In this document: positions 44,556 through 56,006 of the stretch, in pieces
Layout: each line of letters begins with the position of its first letter
Position numbering within the stretch: the stretch's first letter is position 1
The notes under the pieces: generated by a model
Told to the model about the DNA's origin: nothing
The model's database searches: none
What the model saw: the letters and a program-made list of their open reading frames with translations, nothing else
Assembly (NCBI GenBank): GCA_963740085.1
Contig: CAVUCU010000005.1
Span: 96,001-160,000 of the forward strand
Direction: 5' to 3'
From: Nitrospirota bacterium
GTDB lineage: Bacteria > Nitrospirota > UBA9217
DNA length: 64,000 nt
Position numbers and translations under genes: made by a program

Positions 44556-45176
44556 ATGTCAACGGAACCTCATCTTGAAGAACAGATCGCCATGGCGGGT
44601 CTCACCTATGGCCGGCGGCACGATATAGCCTACCGGACCGGCCTCGTGATTCAAGTCCTGGGCGCCGCGCTTCTTGCCGTGCTTTATCCCCTGGAAAACC
44701 CGTTCTACACCGTAGGGATCATGTTGTTTGAAGCCGGTGTGTTCCTCTCTGCCATCTGCCTTCTCGTCTGGATGAGAACGGTTAAAATCTTTATTCTCGT
44801 CACCATCATCGTCGGGCTGGCGCTTCAGGTGGCCGGGGTTTTCTTTGCGCCGGAGCACTACGCCGGGTCGGTCATAATCGTCGGGATCGGCTTTGTTTGT
44901 ATCGGAGCTGCTGGAATGGTCGGCAAAGAGGCTTATTGTTTCGGCTACAGGGAAGGCTGGTTGCTCGCCCTGATCGGATTCCCCATCATGGTTTTGGCGA
45001 ACCTGATGGGCAGGGAAAACATCATCTTCAACTCCCTGGGGTTTTCGGTTCTGTTTCTTCTCTTGCTCTCCCTCACCGGTAAGAAACTGAAGCAGCGGCT
45101 GCTGTCACCCTGCCCTGTGAATGTCTGCAGGGCATCAAAAAAAGAACAGGCATCAGACCATCAGGTTACGGACTGA
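44556..45176 (+). CDS. integral membrane protein, DUF2301-like
   Basis: About six TM helices; YRTGL...GKEAYCFGYREG. Confidence 0.65.
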   Translation: MSTEPHLEEQIAMAGLTYGRRHDIAYRTGLVIQVLGAALLAVLYPLENPFYTVGIMLFEAGVFLSAICLLVWMRTVKIFILVTIIVGLALQVAGVFFAPEHYAGSVIIVGIGFVCIGAAGMVGKEAYCFGYREGWLLALIGFPIMVLANLMGRENIIFNSLGFSVLFLLLLSLTGKKLKQRLLSPCPVNVCRASKKEQASDHQVTD

Positions 45177-45378
45177 AACAAAAAAGGGGGTTGTTTGGAA
45201 CACCATGTTCCGGTCCTTTCCATCGAGGAAAATGATGCCTGTGGTAAAGCAGTAAAGCAGATTGCCCAGGTGGACCAGCCTGTCATCGCGTCGGTTGTCC
45301 GGTTCCGATGCGCGAGTCAGTTGCCTGATCCCGTTGCCGAGCGAGCAGCCCGGGGTTGGTCTGACAATCCGCACGAGA

Positions 45379-46923
45379 TCAAATGCTGTCCTGCCCGTGT
45401 GGGGCTTCTTTGACATTGTTGTCCGTATTGTCCGTTCCGGCCGCGTGCTGGTGATAGGAATGCATCCCCAGCTTGAGCAGCCCCTTCTCGATAAGCCGTC
45501 TTGCAGATTCGGCCACGCTCGGATCAAACTGCCCCCCCGCTTCCCGCTCCAACTCGAGCAAAACATCCTGGATAGATATCCTGCCGCGGTAGGGCCGCTC
45601 GGAGATCATGGCGTCGATCGTGTCCGCAACATTAAGTATCCGCGCCGCGAGTGTGATCTCTTCACCCGCGAGGCCCCGGGGGTATCCTTTCCCATCGAAG
45701 CGTTCATGGTGCTGATAGATGGCATCGATGATGGTTGATGAAAATCCGATCGGTTCAAGGATCCTGATTCCGTGCGCCGGATGGTCCTTCATGATGTCGA
45801 ACTCTTCCCGACTCAGGCTCGCCGGTTTGCTGATGATCATTTCGCTGATCCCGATCTTGCCCATGTCGTGGAGGATGGCCGCAATGTGGATATCTTCGAG
45901 TTGGTGAGGTTTCATCCCCAAGTCCCGCGCGAATGCCACTGCGTATTTTGCCACGTTGGTGGAGTGCCACCGGGTGTAGGGGTCCTTTGCCTCTACGGCG
46001 GCCACGAGCGCCTGGATCGTGCGGAAATAGTTCTCGCGCAGGTTCTCATAGAGCGCAGCATTCTCCAAGGCCGTCGCCACCTGGGTGGACAGGATCAATG
46101 CGATCTGGAGGTCGCTCGTGGAAAATGGCAAACCCGATAATCTGCTCACATTGAGAACGCCGAACACCTTGTTCTTTCCGATGAGAGGAACCGACATGGA
46201 AGAGGACGGCATGTTCTCTAAATTAATGGCTGCTCTCACTTCCGGGTCGGGATGTTTCCCCGCCGTTATGATCAGCGGTTCCCGACGCTTCAGGACCAGC
46301 CCGGATACGCCTTCTCCCACCTTGCGGCGTGTTTTCAGGGCCTCTTCTGAAGTAATGCCGTGGGAAGCGCGAATCAACAGCGTTTCGCTGGCCTCATCGA
46401 TCAGCATTAAAGAAACACGGTCCACCGAGAATTCCTGCACGAGCACCTTGGTGATGATTTTGAACAGGTGGGTGAGGTCGATCTCGGTCACGAGCAGTTT
46501 GCTGATCTCGAACAGCGGAATAAGTGCCTTGAGCCTGATATTCTCTTTTTTAAGCCTGCTGCTGTTGATCGCCCGGTCCACTGCCCCCAGCAATTCCTCT
46601 TGGGTGAAGGGTTTGAGTACAAATCCATCCACACCCCGCGTAAGGGACTCAATCGCCGTGTCGAGTGTGCCATGCCCGGTGATAAAAATCGTCACCAGGT
46701 CCTGTTTCCGCGCCTTGACCCGTTCAAAGAGTTCAAGGCCGTCAATTTCCGGCATCCTGATATCCGTGATCAGCAGATCGGTGGCCGAGCGGCTGAGTTC
46801 TTCCAACGCCGCGGCGCCATTCGAGGCAGTGGTCACCTGGTACCCCTCAGCTGATAGAAGGTGGAAGCACAGGTCTCTGATCATCCCCTCATCATCAACA
46901 ACGAGTATCCTTTCACCAGCCAT
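45379..46923 (-). CDS. response regulator REC-GAF-HD-GYP c-di-GMP phosphodiesterase
   Basis: REC VVDDE..D..KP; GAF; AKDPYT..HS, LHDMGKI, HHERFDGKGYP. Confidence 0.92.
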   Translation of the reverse strand: MAGERILVVDDEGMIRDLCFHLLSAEGYQVTTASNGAAALEELSRSATDLLITDIRMPEIDGLELFERVKARKQDLVTIFITGHGTLDTAIESLTRGVDGFVLKPFTQEELLGAVDRAINSSRLKKENIRLKALIPLFEISKLLVTEIDLTHLFKIITKVLVQEFSVDRVSLMLIDEASETLLIRASHGITSEEALKTRRKVGEGVSGLVLKRREPLIITAGKHPDPEVRAAINLENMPSSSMSVPLIGKNKVFGVLNVSRLSGLPFSTSDLQIALILSTQVATALENAALYENLRENYFRTIQALVAAVEAKDPYTRWHSTNVAKYAVAFARDLGMKPHQLEDIHIAAILHDMGKIGISEMIISKPASLSREEFDIMKDHPAHGIRILEPIGFSSTIIDAIYQHHERFDGKGYPRGLAGEEITLAARILNVADTIDAMISERPYRGRISIQDVLLELEREAGGQFDPSVAESARRLIEKGLLKLGMHSYHQHAAGTDNTDNNVKEAPHGQDSI

Positions 46924-47101
46924 AATCCTGACTCCTCGCTCAATACCGATCAATGACAAAAAAACTGGATATCCGAATGGTTTTGCTGCTCATTTCAATA
47001 AAGCGGGGCACATTGAACCATCTTTCACCCTTCCTCAATGCACTCTGAGTCAAGCGCTATCCTTCGGTAACTCACCATATGCCCTCATTTCACCGATACT
47101 A

Positions 47102-47755
47102 CTATGCCATCACCGGCTTTTGGTATGCGGGAAGGAATCCCCTGGAAACAGTTCCCTTTCCGGGCTTGCTCTCCGCCTCAATCCTGCCGAAATGATTGCG
47201 CACAATCCGATAACCGATTGAAAGCCCGAGGCCGGTTCCGTTTCCCTCGTCCTTCGTCGAAAAGAATGGTTCGAATATTTTATGTGGATTGCAGGCGAGA
47301 GGGACCTGATCGCGCGTCGTGCCATTCACGGAAGGAAGAGAGTAAAAAAAGGACCTGCCGCTGAAAAATACTTCTGTGTCCGTACTGCCGACAGGCAATT
47401 CGCAGGTATGGCTGTAGATTAACAGGTACTGCAGGGCACTGCCGGAGAGCGACTCTTCACTCGTCATAAAGGGAAACGGTACTTTTAGAGCGAGCGCTTT
47501 CTGGTTGCCGGTGATGATATCATCTGTCGCAAGCGCCGCCAGTTCTCTCGCCACATGGAGGGCTCTGTTTTTGATCTCGGTTTCAAGGGCCTTCCTTCCT
47601 TCCAGGTAAAAGAACACCCCTACAAGCAAAGCGACCGGGACAAGGGCCGCTGTCAGGGACAGGGAGACCCTCAGCCCGATTCCGCCCCGCCGCCAAAAAG
47701 CCGCGTTACGCATCCGCGCAACAACCGCAGAGATTATTCTTGTTCCATCCGCCAT
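47102..47755 (-). pseudogene. sensor histidine kinase remnant with in-frame internal deletion
   Basis: TM and sensor start joined directly to [35 protein letters not shown]; no second TM, H-box or N-box. Confidence 0.7.
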
Positions 47756-47817
47756 AGATTTTCAGCAACGCGTGCGGGTTTATCTTAGCATAAACATGCT
47801 TTTGTGTAAATGCAATA

Positions 47818-47848
47818 AAAAAGGCAAGGGTTTTACCCTTGCCTTTTT
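47818..47848 (-). terminator. terminator of the alpha operon
   Basis: AAAAAGGCAAGGGT-ttt-ACCCTTGCCTTTTT, downstream of rplQ. Confidence 0.8.
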
Positions 47849-47945
47849 GTTCCTGGTTGATCGCCGTATCCAACCGGCGCTGAGCCCTGCCGCCGGCAGC
47901 ACGCGAGGTGTGATCTCTCACGGTCTGTTTGGATGCGCCCTCTGT

Positions 47946-48368
47946 TTACGAGGTGACAGTCTTTTCCGGTTTCTTCTTGCCTGTTTTCTTCGCTTCCCCG
48001 GCCTCTTGCTTGTGCCGCTCTACTAGTTCAATAACAGCCATGGGTGCGGCATCGCCGGACCGGGTGCGGGTCATCACGATTCTCGTGTATCCGCCGTTCC
48101 GGGAGGCAAAACGCGGCGCGATCTGAGCGAACAATCCGCTCACCACGGCCTCGTCATGAATAAAACTGAGTGCCAGACGCCGGGCGTGCAGATCTCCGCG
48201 CTTACCAAGGGTGATCATTTTTTCAGTTAGTGGACGCATTTCCTTGGCTTTCGCGACCGTCGTTTCGATCTTTTCATTCTTAAGCAGTGAGGTAACGAGC
48301 ATCCTGAGGAGTGCCTTTCGGTGACTCGTATCTCTCCCAAATTGCCTGCCTGCGCATCCATGTCTCAT
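47946..48368 (-). CDS. rplQ: 50S ribosomal protein L17
   Basis: [33 protein letters not shown]. Confidence 0.96.
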   Translation of the reverse strand: MRHGCAGRQFGRDTSHRKALLRMLVTSLLKNEKIETTVAKAKEMRPLTEKMITLGKRGDLHARRLALSFIHDEAVVSGLFAQIAPRFASRNGGYTRIVMTRTRSGDAAPMAVIELVERHKQEAGEAKKTGKKKPEKTVTS

Positions 48369-48393
48369 ATCGCTATCCTTGCCAACTAGATTT

Positions 48394-49416
48394 TTACGCT
48401 TCGCTCGGTTTTTCCGCGAGAAGCCGCCTGGCCTCCGCCACAATTTTATCGTCCACCTTCAGCCCGAGGCCAAGCCCCATCTCGGAGAGAATCTCCTTTA
48501 TTTCGTTGAGTGATTTTCTGCCGAAATTTTTGGTCTTGAGCATCTCGCTCTCGGTCTTCTGCACCATCTCCGCGATCGTCTCTATTCCCGCATTCTTCAG
48601 GCAGTTCGCCGCCCGCACCGAAAGCTCCAACTCGTTCACACTGCGAAGAAGGTTTTCATTGAACGATGGAGCCTTTTTGATCTCTTCTCCCGTCACCGGG
48701 GATTCTTCCTCTTCCTCGGGAAGATGGATAAAGATGGACAAATGGTCCTTGAGCAGCTTCGAGGCATGCGCAATGGCGTCATCAGGCCGGATACTACCGT
48801 CGGTCCAGACCTCGAGCACAAGCTTGTCGTAGTCCGTTTCCTGCCCTACGCGAGCGTTTTCCACTTTGAAATTTACTTTGCGAATCGGGGAAAATATGGA
48901 GTCAATAGGGATAACGCCGATCGACTGTCCCGGCTCTTTATTTTTATCCGAGGAGACATATCCCCTGCCGCGGCGAGCTCGCATTTCCAGTTCGAGCTTT
49001 CCGTTCTTGTCGATCGTTGCCAGATGAAGGTCCGGATTCAAAATCTCCACTTCTGCGTCTGCCTCGATGTCCTTTGCCGTGACCTCTCCCGGACCCTTTG
49101 CCTTCAAAGAAAGCGTCTTAGGCTTGTCAGTATGAAGTTTAAGTCTGATCTCCTTGAGGTTGAGGATCAGGTCCGTGGTATCTTCGACAACGCCCGGGAT
49201 ACTCGAAAACTCGTGCTGCACGCCGGAGATTTTTAACGATGTGATCGCCGAGCCCTCCAGAGATGAAAGAAGAACACGGCGCAAAGAATTGCCCAGTGTT
49301 GTCCCAAAACCCCGCTCCAGCGGCTCCGCTGTGAATTTCCCGTACGTATCGGTAATTTTTTTTGGCTCATATTGAAGTTTTTTCGGCATCTGAAAATCTT
49401 TTGCTTTTTTGAGCAT
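48394..49416 (-). CDS. rpoA: RNA polymerase alpha subunit
   Basis: [43 protein letters not shown]. Confidence 0.98.
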   Translation of the reverse strand: MLKKAKDFQMPKKLQYEPKKITDTYGKFTAEPLERGFGTTLGNSLRRVLLSSLEGSAITSLKISGVQHEFSSIPGVVEDTTDLILNLKEIRLKLHTDKPKTLSLKAKGPGEVTAKDIEADAEVEILNPDLHLATIDKNGKLELEMRARRGRGYVSSDKNKEPGQSIGVIPIDSIFSPIRKVNFKVENARVGQETDYDKLVLEVWTDGSIRPDDAIAHASKLLKDHLSIFIHLPEEEEESPVTGEEIKKAPSFNENLLRSVNELELSVRAANCLKNAGIETIAEMVQKTESEMLKTKNFGRKSLNEIKEILSEMGLGLGLKVDDKIVAEARRLLAEKPSEA

Positions 49417-49537
49417 TGTTCCTCCATAACGGAGTGAAAAAAACTGTCATAGGACTTATCAACGCGAGCGCACGCCTCTGAAAGAAACACGGCGACTCCC
49501 TGTAGTCCTCAGAATATTTTCACCTTTGGCAGTGACG

Positions 49538-50167
49538 TTACTTCGAATAGAGTTCGACCACAAGCTGTTCTTTTACCGTGGGCATCGTCGATTCATCTCT
49601 GGCCGGCAGTGCCAGCACTTTACCCTTAAAAAGCACTTTGTCGATCTCAAGCCAGGTCGGGAAACCCCGTTTCTCAAGTGCGGTGAGGGTCTGCTGAATC
49701 TGCGCAATACCCCGGCTCTTTTCACGCAACTCCACTATGTCTCCGGCCTTAAGCAGGTAGGAAGGGATGTTCACCTTCTTGCCATTCACGAGCATATGTC
49801 CGTGCCGTACGAGCTGCCGAGCTTCCTTCTTGGAGCCGGCAAAACCCATCCGTTGAACAACGTTATCAAACCTTCTTTCAAGGAGTTGCAGCAGGTTGTC
49901 GCCTGTAATGCCCTTCATCCGCTCAGCCTTTTCAAAATAACCGCGGAACTGACGCTCCAGCACTCCGTAAACGCGCCGAATTTTCTGTTTTTCTCGGAGC
50001 TGTATGCAATATTCAGACTGTTTAATTCTTCCCTGGCCATGCTGTCCCGGCGGGTAGCTTCTTCTGGTGACTCCGCACTTATCCGTGTAGCAGCGCTCAG
50101 CCTTAAGAAAGAGCTTCATCCCCTCTCTCCTGCAAAGCTTGCAAACTGATCCTATATACCGTGCCAC
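49538..50167 (-). CDS. rpsD: 30S ribosomal protein S4
   Basis: [27 protein letters not shown]. Confidence 0.98.
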   Translation of the reverse strand: MARYIGSVCKLCRREGMKLFLKAERCYTDKCGVTRRSYPPGQHGQGRIKQSEYCIQLREKQKIRRVYGVLERQFRGYFEKAERMKGITGDNLLQLLERRFDNVVQRMGFAGSKKEARQLVRHGHMLVNGKKVNIPSYLLKAGDIVELREKSRGIAQIQQTLTALEKRGFPTWLEIDKVLFKGKVLALPARDESTMPTVKEQLVVELYSK

Positions 50168-50197
50168 GTGATTCCTCCATGCCTCGCGTTGCGCGAG

Positions 50198-50290
50198 GAT
50201 TGTAAAGTGAAAATTGCGAATGTGATGTTTTGGTCAGAAAAAGGGCTTAGCGTTTTCTGCATTACTTTTCCCTCTTTCAATTTGCTGTTC
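50198..50290. repeat. 7-bp periodic inverted-repeat element (degenerate) between rpsK and rpsD
   Basis: GATTGTA AAGTGAA AATTGCG AATGTGA ... TGCATTA CTTTTCC CTCTTTC AATTTGC. Confidence 0.6.
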
Positions 50291-50309
50291 GAGATTCGCA
50301 AAACACCGC

Positions 50310-50684
50310 TTAAACCCGTCTCCGTTTCGGCGGCCTGCACCCGTTATGCGGGATCGGGGTTACGTCCTTGATCGCCACGATCTCGAGACCCGCGGCCTGA
50401 ATCGCCCTGATTGCTGATTCCCTGCCTGTACCCGGACCCTTGACGTATACCTCAACCTGCCTCATGCCGTTTTCCATCGCCTTCTTGGCGGCCGCCTCTG
50501 CAGCCAGCTGTGAAGCGAAGGGAGTGCTCTTTCTCGAACCTTTAAACCCCTTGCTGCCTGAGCTCGACCAGGTGATTACGTTCCCGGAGGTATCGGTAAT
50601 TGTAACAATCGTGTTGTTAAAGGAAGCGTGGATATGGGCTACGCCATTCGCCACATTCTTTTTTTCTTTACCCTTCTTTGCCAT
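50310..50684 (-). CDS. rpsK: 30S ribosomal protein S11
   Basis: [37 protein letters not shown]. Confidence 0.98.
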   Translation of the reverse strand: MAKKGKEKKNVANGVAHIHASFNNTIVTITDTSGNVITWSSSGSKGFKGSRKSTPFASQLAAEAAAKKAMENGMRQVEVYVKGPGTGRESAIRAIQAAGLEIVAIKDVTPIPHNGCRPPKRRRV

Positions 50685-50751
50685 CTGCTCTCCAATGCGC
50701 TTGATATCGCCCTTGTCATGATAGTTCACACCGGGACGACGTGATCTCTTG

Positions 50752-51144
50752 TTACTTCTTCAACAGGCCCTTTTTCTTTCCCTTACCTGACATCGCTGAC
50801 TTTTTGGGTCCCTTTCGCGTCCGGGCATTGGTCTTTGTCCGCTGCCCCCTCACCGGCAATCCCCTGCGGTGTCTCAATCCGCGATAACTGCCGATGTCCA
50901 TCAATCGCTTGATGTGCATCGTCACATCTCTGCGGAGATCCCCCTCCACCGTGTAGTCCCGGTCAAGGATTGTTCTGATCTTCACAATGTCCGATTCCGT
51001 AAGATTATTGCTTTTTGTATTCGGATCGATACCTGCCTCGGAGAGGATCTTCTTTGCAGAAGTCGGACCTATTCCGAAAATATAGGTAAGCGAGATCCCT
51101 ATTTTTTTATCTTTTGGTAAATCTACTCCGGCAATTCGTGCCAC
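50752..51144 (-). CDS. rpsM: 30S ribosomal protein S13
   Basis: [30 protein letters not shown]. Confidence 0.98.
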   Translation of the reverse strand: MARIAGVDLPKDKKIGISLTYIFGIGPTSAKKILSEAGIDPNTKSNNLTESDIVKIRTILDRDYTVEGDLRRDVTMHIKRLMDIGSYRGLRHRRGLPVRGQRTKTNARTRKGPKKSAMSGKGKKKGLLKK

Positions 51145-51179
51145 GGTTCCTCCTCAAACGAACGATACGCCTTTATGAC

Positions 51180-51257
51180 AGACGATGGACAGCCGCTTCG
51201 TTAAGACGATGGGATCATGTAACTTGCGCCTTTTCGTCCTTCGTCCATCGTCTCACG
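51180..51257. repeat. 7-bp periodic inverted-repeat element, GACGA family
   Basis: AGACGAT GGACAGC .. AGACGAT GG ... TCGTCCT TCGTCCA TCGTCTC. Confidence 0.75.
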
Positions 51258-51277
51258 AGTAATGACCTTGCGGTCTT

Positions 51278-51391
51278 CTATCCCTGCCGCTGCTTGTGGC
51301 GCGCGTTTTCACAGATGACGCGTACGATTCCCTTGCGGCGGATAACCGTACACTTGGGACAAATTTTTCGAACTGATGAGCGAACTTTCAT
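51278..51391 (-). CDS. rpmJ: 50S ribosomal protein L36 (not in the ORF track)
   Basis: [37 protein letters not shown]. Confidence 0.97.
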   Translation of the reverse strand: MKVRSSVRKICPKCTVIRRKGIVRVICENARHKQRQG

Positions 51392-51451
51392 ATTCTGTTA
51401 CTTCCATTCTTTTTCAAATGATATTCGTGCCAAACGCAACCTATTGAGATC

Positions 51452-51670
51452 CTATTTGAACCGGTAGGTGATTCTGCCTCTGGTCAGGTCATAGGGTGTG
51501 AGCTCCACGGTCACCTTGTCGCCGGGGAGTATTTTTATAAAGTGCATTCGCATCTTGCCCGATATGTGCGCCAATATTTTATGACCGTTCTCCATCTCAA
51601 CCCGGAACATGGCATTGGGAAGTGTTTCCAGCACCGTGCCCTGAACCTCTATAGAATCTTCTTTTGCCAT
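51452..51670 (-). CDS. infA: translation initiation factor IF-1
   Basis: [36 protein letters not shown]. Confidence 0.98.
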   Translation of the reverse strand: MAKEDSIEVQGTVLETLPNAMFRVEMENGHKILAHISGKMRMHFIKILPGDKVTVELTPYDLTRGRITYRFK

Positions 51671-51677
51671 ATCCTCA

Positions 51678-52427
51678 CTATTTTTTCGTCAGTATCCAGG
51701 GCCCATCAGGCATTACGGCTATCGTATGTTCAAAATGAGCCGACAGGCTTCCATCAGCGGTAACGGCCGTCCAATTATCTGCCTTAACGATCGTCTCGCT
51801 GCCACCGACATTTACCATCGGCTCGATCGCCAGAACCATCCCCGCTTTCAGCCTCGGGCCCTGTCCTGAAGCACCGAAATTCGGGAGTTGCGGGTCCTCA
51901 TGCAGGTTTCTTCCAATCCCATGTCCGACAAATTCCCGCACCACCGAGTATCCATTCGATTCCACATGCTTTTGTACGGCATGTGAAATATCGTATAACC
52001 GGTTACCTGCGTGTGCCTGAGCTATCCCGCGGAGAAGCGATTCCTCGGTAACCCTCATCAGGCGTTCAGCCTCAGGTGTTATAGTACCAACCGGCACTGT
52101 AATTGCCGCATCGCCGTAGAACCCGTCAACGATCGTTCCTACGTCAATGCTGATGATATCGCCCTGCTTGAGAACAGCACCCTTTGAGGGAATGCCGTGA
52201 ATAACCTCATTGTTCACTGAAGTACAAAGCGTCTTTGGATATCCCCGGTACCCTTTGAACGCCGGCTTGGCTCCCGCAGCTATAATGAACCGTTCAGCGA
52301 ATTCATCCAGCGCTTGCGTCGTGACACCCGGCCGAACCACTCCGCGAATGCCTTCCAGGACATCCGCGACAATCAAACAGGCTTTCCGAATCTTCTCGAT
52401 CTCCTGAAGGGACTTGAGAATGATCAT
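51678..52427 (-). CDS. map: methionine aminopeptidase type I
   Basis: [37 protein letters not shown]. Confidence 0.97.
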   Translation of the reverse strand: MIILKSLQEIEKIRKACLIVADVLEGIRGVVRPGVTTQALDEFAERFIIAAGAKPAFKGYRGYPKTLCTSVNNEVIHGIPSKGAVLKQGDIISIDVGTIVDGFYGDAAITVPVGTITPEAERLMRVTEESLLRGIAQAHAGNRLYDISHAVQKHVESNGYSVVREFVGHGIGRNLHEDPQLPNFGASGQGPRLKAGMVLAIEPMVNVGGSETIVKADNWTAVTADGSLSAHFEHTIAVMPDGPWILTKK

Positions 52428-52442
52428 GATGCTTCCCCGATG

Positions 52443-53741
52443 TTACCGTCTCCCTTTGACCGAAGCGCCTTTCAGGAAACCTCCATAATGCCTTTGAATG
52501 AGGTGCGACTCTATCTGCGATACGGTATCAAGCGCAACACCGATAACAATCAGGAGCGAGGTGCCCCCGAAATAAAAAGGCACATTAAAAAATTTATAAA
52601 AGATGTCCGGCAAAACGCAGACTGCCGCAAGATAGAGTGCTCCGCCCAGCGTAATGCGGGTCAGCACACGATACAGATAGTCTGATGTCTTTTTGCCCGG
52701 CCTGATCCCCGGGATGAACCCGCCGTACTTTTTCAGGTTATCGGCGATATCCACTGGATTGAACACGATCGCCGTATAAAAATATGCGAAAAAAATGATC
52801 ATCACCACATAGACGGTCGTGTACAGCAGTTTCCCCGGTGAAAGCTGCTGTGCGATCGATTGTATCCACGGGACCTGCGTAAACCCTGCGATCGTCGCAG
52901 GAAATAGCAATATTGAGGACGCGAAGATCGGTGGGATCACACCGGCCGAATTAACTTTCAGCGGCAGGTGGGTACTCTGGCCCTTGTAAATTTTCCTCCC
53001 GACCATCCGTTGCGCATACTGGACGGATATTTTTCTCTGACCGCGCTCCATAATGATAATGGCCGCAATGACAGCAATGATGATGACGAGTATCACTGCT
53101 ACCAGGAAATACGGGATCTCACCGGATCGGGCGAGCTGGACGGTATTGGACACAGCGCGGGGAAAACCCGCGACGATACCCGCAAATATGATGAGCGAGA
53201 TGCCATTGCCGATCCCGCGTTCGGTAATCTGCTCGCCAAGCCACATGATGAACGTTGTGCCGGCCGTAAGCGTGATCATGGTGAGGATGCGGAAAGACCA
53301 TCCGGTGGATTCCACAAATGCGCCGTCTCCCATCTTCTCGATGCCTACCGCCATCCAGAATGATTGAAAACCGGCAATGGCTACCGTTCCGTACCGTGTA
53401 TACTCGGTAATCTTTTTCCGGCCGGCCTCACCCTCTTTGGCAAGCGCCTGCAACCGGGGGATTACCACGGTAAGAAGCTGAAGCACGATCGATGCTGTAA
53501 TATAGGGCATGATACCGAGAGCGAAAATAGTGACCCTCGAAAGCGCCCCACCCGAAAACATGTCGAAAAAACCCATGAGACCCGCTGCCGCCTGATGCAG
53601 GTACTGGCTCAACGCCTCGCCTCTTACACCGGGTGTAGGAATGTGACAGCCTACCCGGTATACCGCAAGCATCAGAAGGGTGAAAACGATCCTCTTCCTG
53701 AGTTCGGGGATATTAAATATATTCTTCAGGCCCGTGAACAA
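52443..53741 (-). CDS. secY: preprotein translocase SecY
   Basis: IFALGIMPYITASI, WLGEQITERGIGNGISL, FIPGIRPG, GGTSLLI. Confidence 0.98.
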   Translation of the reverse strand: MFTGLKNIFNIPELRKRIVFTLLMLAVYRVGCHIPTPGVRGEALSQYLHQAAAGLMGFFDMFSGGALSRVTIFALGIMPYITASIVLQLLTVVIPRLQALAKEGEAGRKKITEYTRYGTVAIAGFQSFWMAVGIEKMGDGAFVESTGWSFRILTMITLTAGTTFIMWLGEQITERGIGNGISLIIFAGIVAGFPRAVSNTVQLARSGEIPYFLVAVILVIIIAVIAAIIIMERGQRKISVQYAQRMVGRKIYKGQSTHLPLKVNSAGVIPPIFASSILLFPATIAGFTQVPWIQSIAQQLSPGKLLYTTVYVVMIIFFAYFYTAIVFNPVDIADNLKKYGGFIPGIRPGKKTSDYLYRVLTRITLGGALYLAAVCVLPDIFYKFFNVPFYFGGTSLLIVIGVALDTVSQIESHLIQRHYGGFLKGASVKGRR

Positions 53742-53744
53742 GGA

Positions 53745-54185
53745 TCAGATTACCTCGACCTTCCCGCCGGCGGCCTGGATTTTTTCCACAGCGCTCTTGC
53801 TGAACTTGTGCGCACGCACGGTAAGTTTTGCCTTCAACTCACCCATGCCGAGCACTTTAACGCCGGTCTTCATATCCTTGATCAAACCTTTTTGCATAAG
53901 CATCTCGGGTGTGATGGGATCAGTGCCGGCCACAGCTTCGAGGTCCTGAAGGTTCACAACGGAATAGTCCTTGCGGAATATATTGGTGAACCCCCGCTTC
54001 GGAATCCTGCGCTGAAGCGGCATCTGACCGCCTTCAAACCCAGCGCCCTTCACTCCGCCTGAGCGGGCCTTCTGTCCCTTATGCCCTTTTCCGGCAGTCT
54101 TGCCGGATCCGGAGCCCGGGCCTCTGCCGACCCTCTTTGCTTTTTTCTTTGCCCCTGCTGCGGGCTTCAGTTCTTCTAATCTCAT
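53745..54185 (-). CDS. rplO: 50S ribosomal protein L15
   Basis: [34 protein letters not shown]. Confidence 0.98.
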   Translation of the reverse strand: MRLEELKPAAGAKKKAKRVGRGPGSGSGKTAGKGHKGQKARSGGVKGAGFEGGQMPLQRRIPKRGFTNIFRKDYSVVNLQDLEAVAGTDPITPEMLMQKGLIKDMKTGVKVLGMGELKAKLTVRAHKFSKSAVEKIQAAGGKVEVI

Positions 54186-54242
54186 AATTTACTCGCGACC
54201 ATCATTGACCCGTAATTAAGATTTGTCATGCAAATGCTTCCG

Positions 54243-54437
54243 TTATGCCTGTTCCACCTTAACGAGGTGAGATACCTTAGTGATCATACCGCGTATTTGC
54301 GGTGTGTCCAAACGAATGACGGAGTGGTTCATTTTTTTTAGACCCAGACCGATCAGGACAACCTTATGCTTTCCCGGTCGAGCAATGCCACTTTTTACAA
54401 GCGTAATTTTAAGCTTTTTTTCATTGGATTTTGCCAT
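54243..54437 (-). CDS. rpmD: 50S ribosomal protein L30
   Basis: LKITLVKS..LGLKKMNH..IRGMITKVSHLV; operon position. Confidence 0.95.
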   Translation of the reverse strand: MAKSNEKKLKITLVKSGIARPGKHKVVLIGLGLKKMNHSVIRLDTPQIRGMITKVSHLVKVEQA

Positions 54438-54439
54438 GC

Positions 54440-54949
54440 CTATCCAAGCTCCTCTATCGATCTGCCGCGAAGCGTCGCAACCTGTTCTGCACTCCTGAGT
54501 CTCATTAGTCCTTCTATCGTGGCGCTCACCACGTTATGGGGATTGCTCGATCCAAGAGATTTGCAAAGCACATTCCGGATACCCACGACCTCGAGCACGG
54601 ATCTGCTCGCTCCGCCTGCGATCAAACCGGTACCCTCGGAAGCCGGCTTGAGCAACACCTTTCCGGCACCATAATGTCCGAGTACCCGGTGTGGAATTGT
54701 GTCGCCTTTCAGAGAGATCTGAATCATGCTCTTTTTGGCGCGTTCTACGGCCTTCTTGATGGCTACCGGTGCTTCTGCTGCCTTGCCCTTACCTACGCCA
54801 ATCTTCCCCTTGCCGTCGCCGACAACCACCAGCGCGCTGAAGTTAAAGCGCTTACCGCCCTTGACCACCTTGGCCACGCGGTTCAGGAAGACCAGTTTAT
54901 CCTTCAGGCCGTCGCTTTCCTCTGCTGATTTTTGATATCGTTCTGCCAA
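54440..54949 (-). CDS. rpsE: 30S ribosomal protein S5
   Basis: [24 protein letters not shown]. Confidence 0.98.
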   Translation of the reverse strand: MAERYQKSAEESDGLKDKLVFLNRVAKVVKGGKRFNFSALVVVGDGKGKIGVGKGKAAEAPVAIKKAVERAKKSMIQISLKGDTIPHRVLGHYGAGKVLLKPASEGTGLIAGGASRSVLEVVGIRNVLCKSLGSSNPHNVVSATIEGLMRLRSAEQVATLRGRSIEELG

Positions 54950-54976
54950 TGCCGCCTCCGAATTGAACGTCGTTTC

Positions 54977-55339
54977 CTAAAAGCTGAGCCCCTTCTCGCG
55001 CGCCGCATCTGCCAGCGCCTTAACACACCCGTGGTATTGATACCCGCCGCGGTCAAATACGACCAGCTTTATATTCTTGCCAAGCGCCCGCTCGGCAATG
55101 CTCGCGCCAACCCTCTTGGCCGCCTCAACGTTCCCGCAATGCTTCAGCCCGTCATGGAGCGTTTTCTCCGTCGAGGACGCGGCAATAATTGTCTTACCGG
55201 TGGTATCGTCAATGATCTGCGCGTAGATATGGCTGAGGCTCTTGTATACGCTCAGTCTTGGACGCGTTGCCGTTCCGTACACGGTCTTTCTGACTCTCTC
55301 ATGCCGTCTCTGTCTGGCTTTTAATTTGCTCTGTGCCAC
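54977..55339 (-). CDS. rplR: 50S ribosomal protein L18
   Basis: [31 protein letters not shown]. Confidence 0.98.
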   Translation of the reverse strand: MAQSKLKARQRRHERVRKTVYGTATRPRLSVYKSLSHIYAQIIDDTTGKTIIAASSTEKTLHDGLKHCGNVEAAKRVGASIAERALGKNIKLVVFDRGGYQYHGCVKALADAAREKGLSF

Positions 55340-55413
55340 GGTTTCTTCTCCATCATCATGGTAAACGCTGACCCCGATATCAAATCAGCGATTCTAAAAT
55401 TCTGAATGATTTT

Positions 55414-55962
55414 CTATTTCCCGCCCTTACCAGCCTTGCCTTCCTTGCGCTTAATGACCTCGGTACTATACTTGATACCCTTCCCCTTGTATGGCTCCGG
55501 TTTCTTCAGGCTTCTCAAGTTCGCAGCGATCTGGCCCACAAGCTGCTTATCAACTCCCTTGAGCGTGATCTGGGTCTGCTTGGAGTCTACTGTCGCCTTG
55601 ATCCCCTTGGGCATGGGATAGATGATCGGGTGCGAGAACCCGAGACTCAACATCAGGTTCGAACCCTGGGCCGCAGCCTTGAATCCAACACCGGAAATCT
55701 CAAGGGTTTTCTCATACCCTTTGCTTACCCCGGTCACCATATTGGCAATCAGGTTTCTCGTCAACCCGTGCATTTCGCGGTAGAGTTTCTGATTTGACGG
55801 TCGCTCGACCACAAGGGTGTTGCTTTCTTTCTTGATGGTCAGCTTTGGGTTCACATTCTGGCTCATCTCGCCCAGCGGGCCCTTGACCGTTACTTTTCCG
55901 GTCTCGAGTTTGGCCTCGACGCCGGATGGGATTTCTATCGGTTTTTTACCAACCCTCGACAT
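55414..55962 (-). CDS. rplF: 50S ribosomal protein L6
   Basis: MSRVGKKPI..PEPYKGKGI. Confidence 0.98.
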   Translation of the reverse strand: MSRVGKKPIEIPSGVEAKLETGKVTVKGPLGEMSQNVNPKLTIKKESNTLVVERPSNQKLYREMHGLTRNLIANMVTGVSKGYEKTLEISGVGFKAAAQGSNLMLSLGFSHPIIYPMPKGIKATVDSKQTQITLKGVDKQLVGQIAANLRSLKKPEPYKGKGIKYSTEVIKRKEGKAGKGGK

Positions 55963-56006
55963 GACAGCTCCTAACATCCTGATCGGACGAATTCAATTAA
56001 CTGCTA

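Noticed and set aside
46085-47221. Long antisense ORFs (also 11655-12665, 7172-8038, 34211-35191)
   Set aside because: Shadow frames of GC3-rich genes on the opposite strand; no independent motifs.
55370-55412. Possible further 7-mer element between rplF and rplR
   Set aside because: Only two or three weak units and no clear inverted arm.
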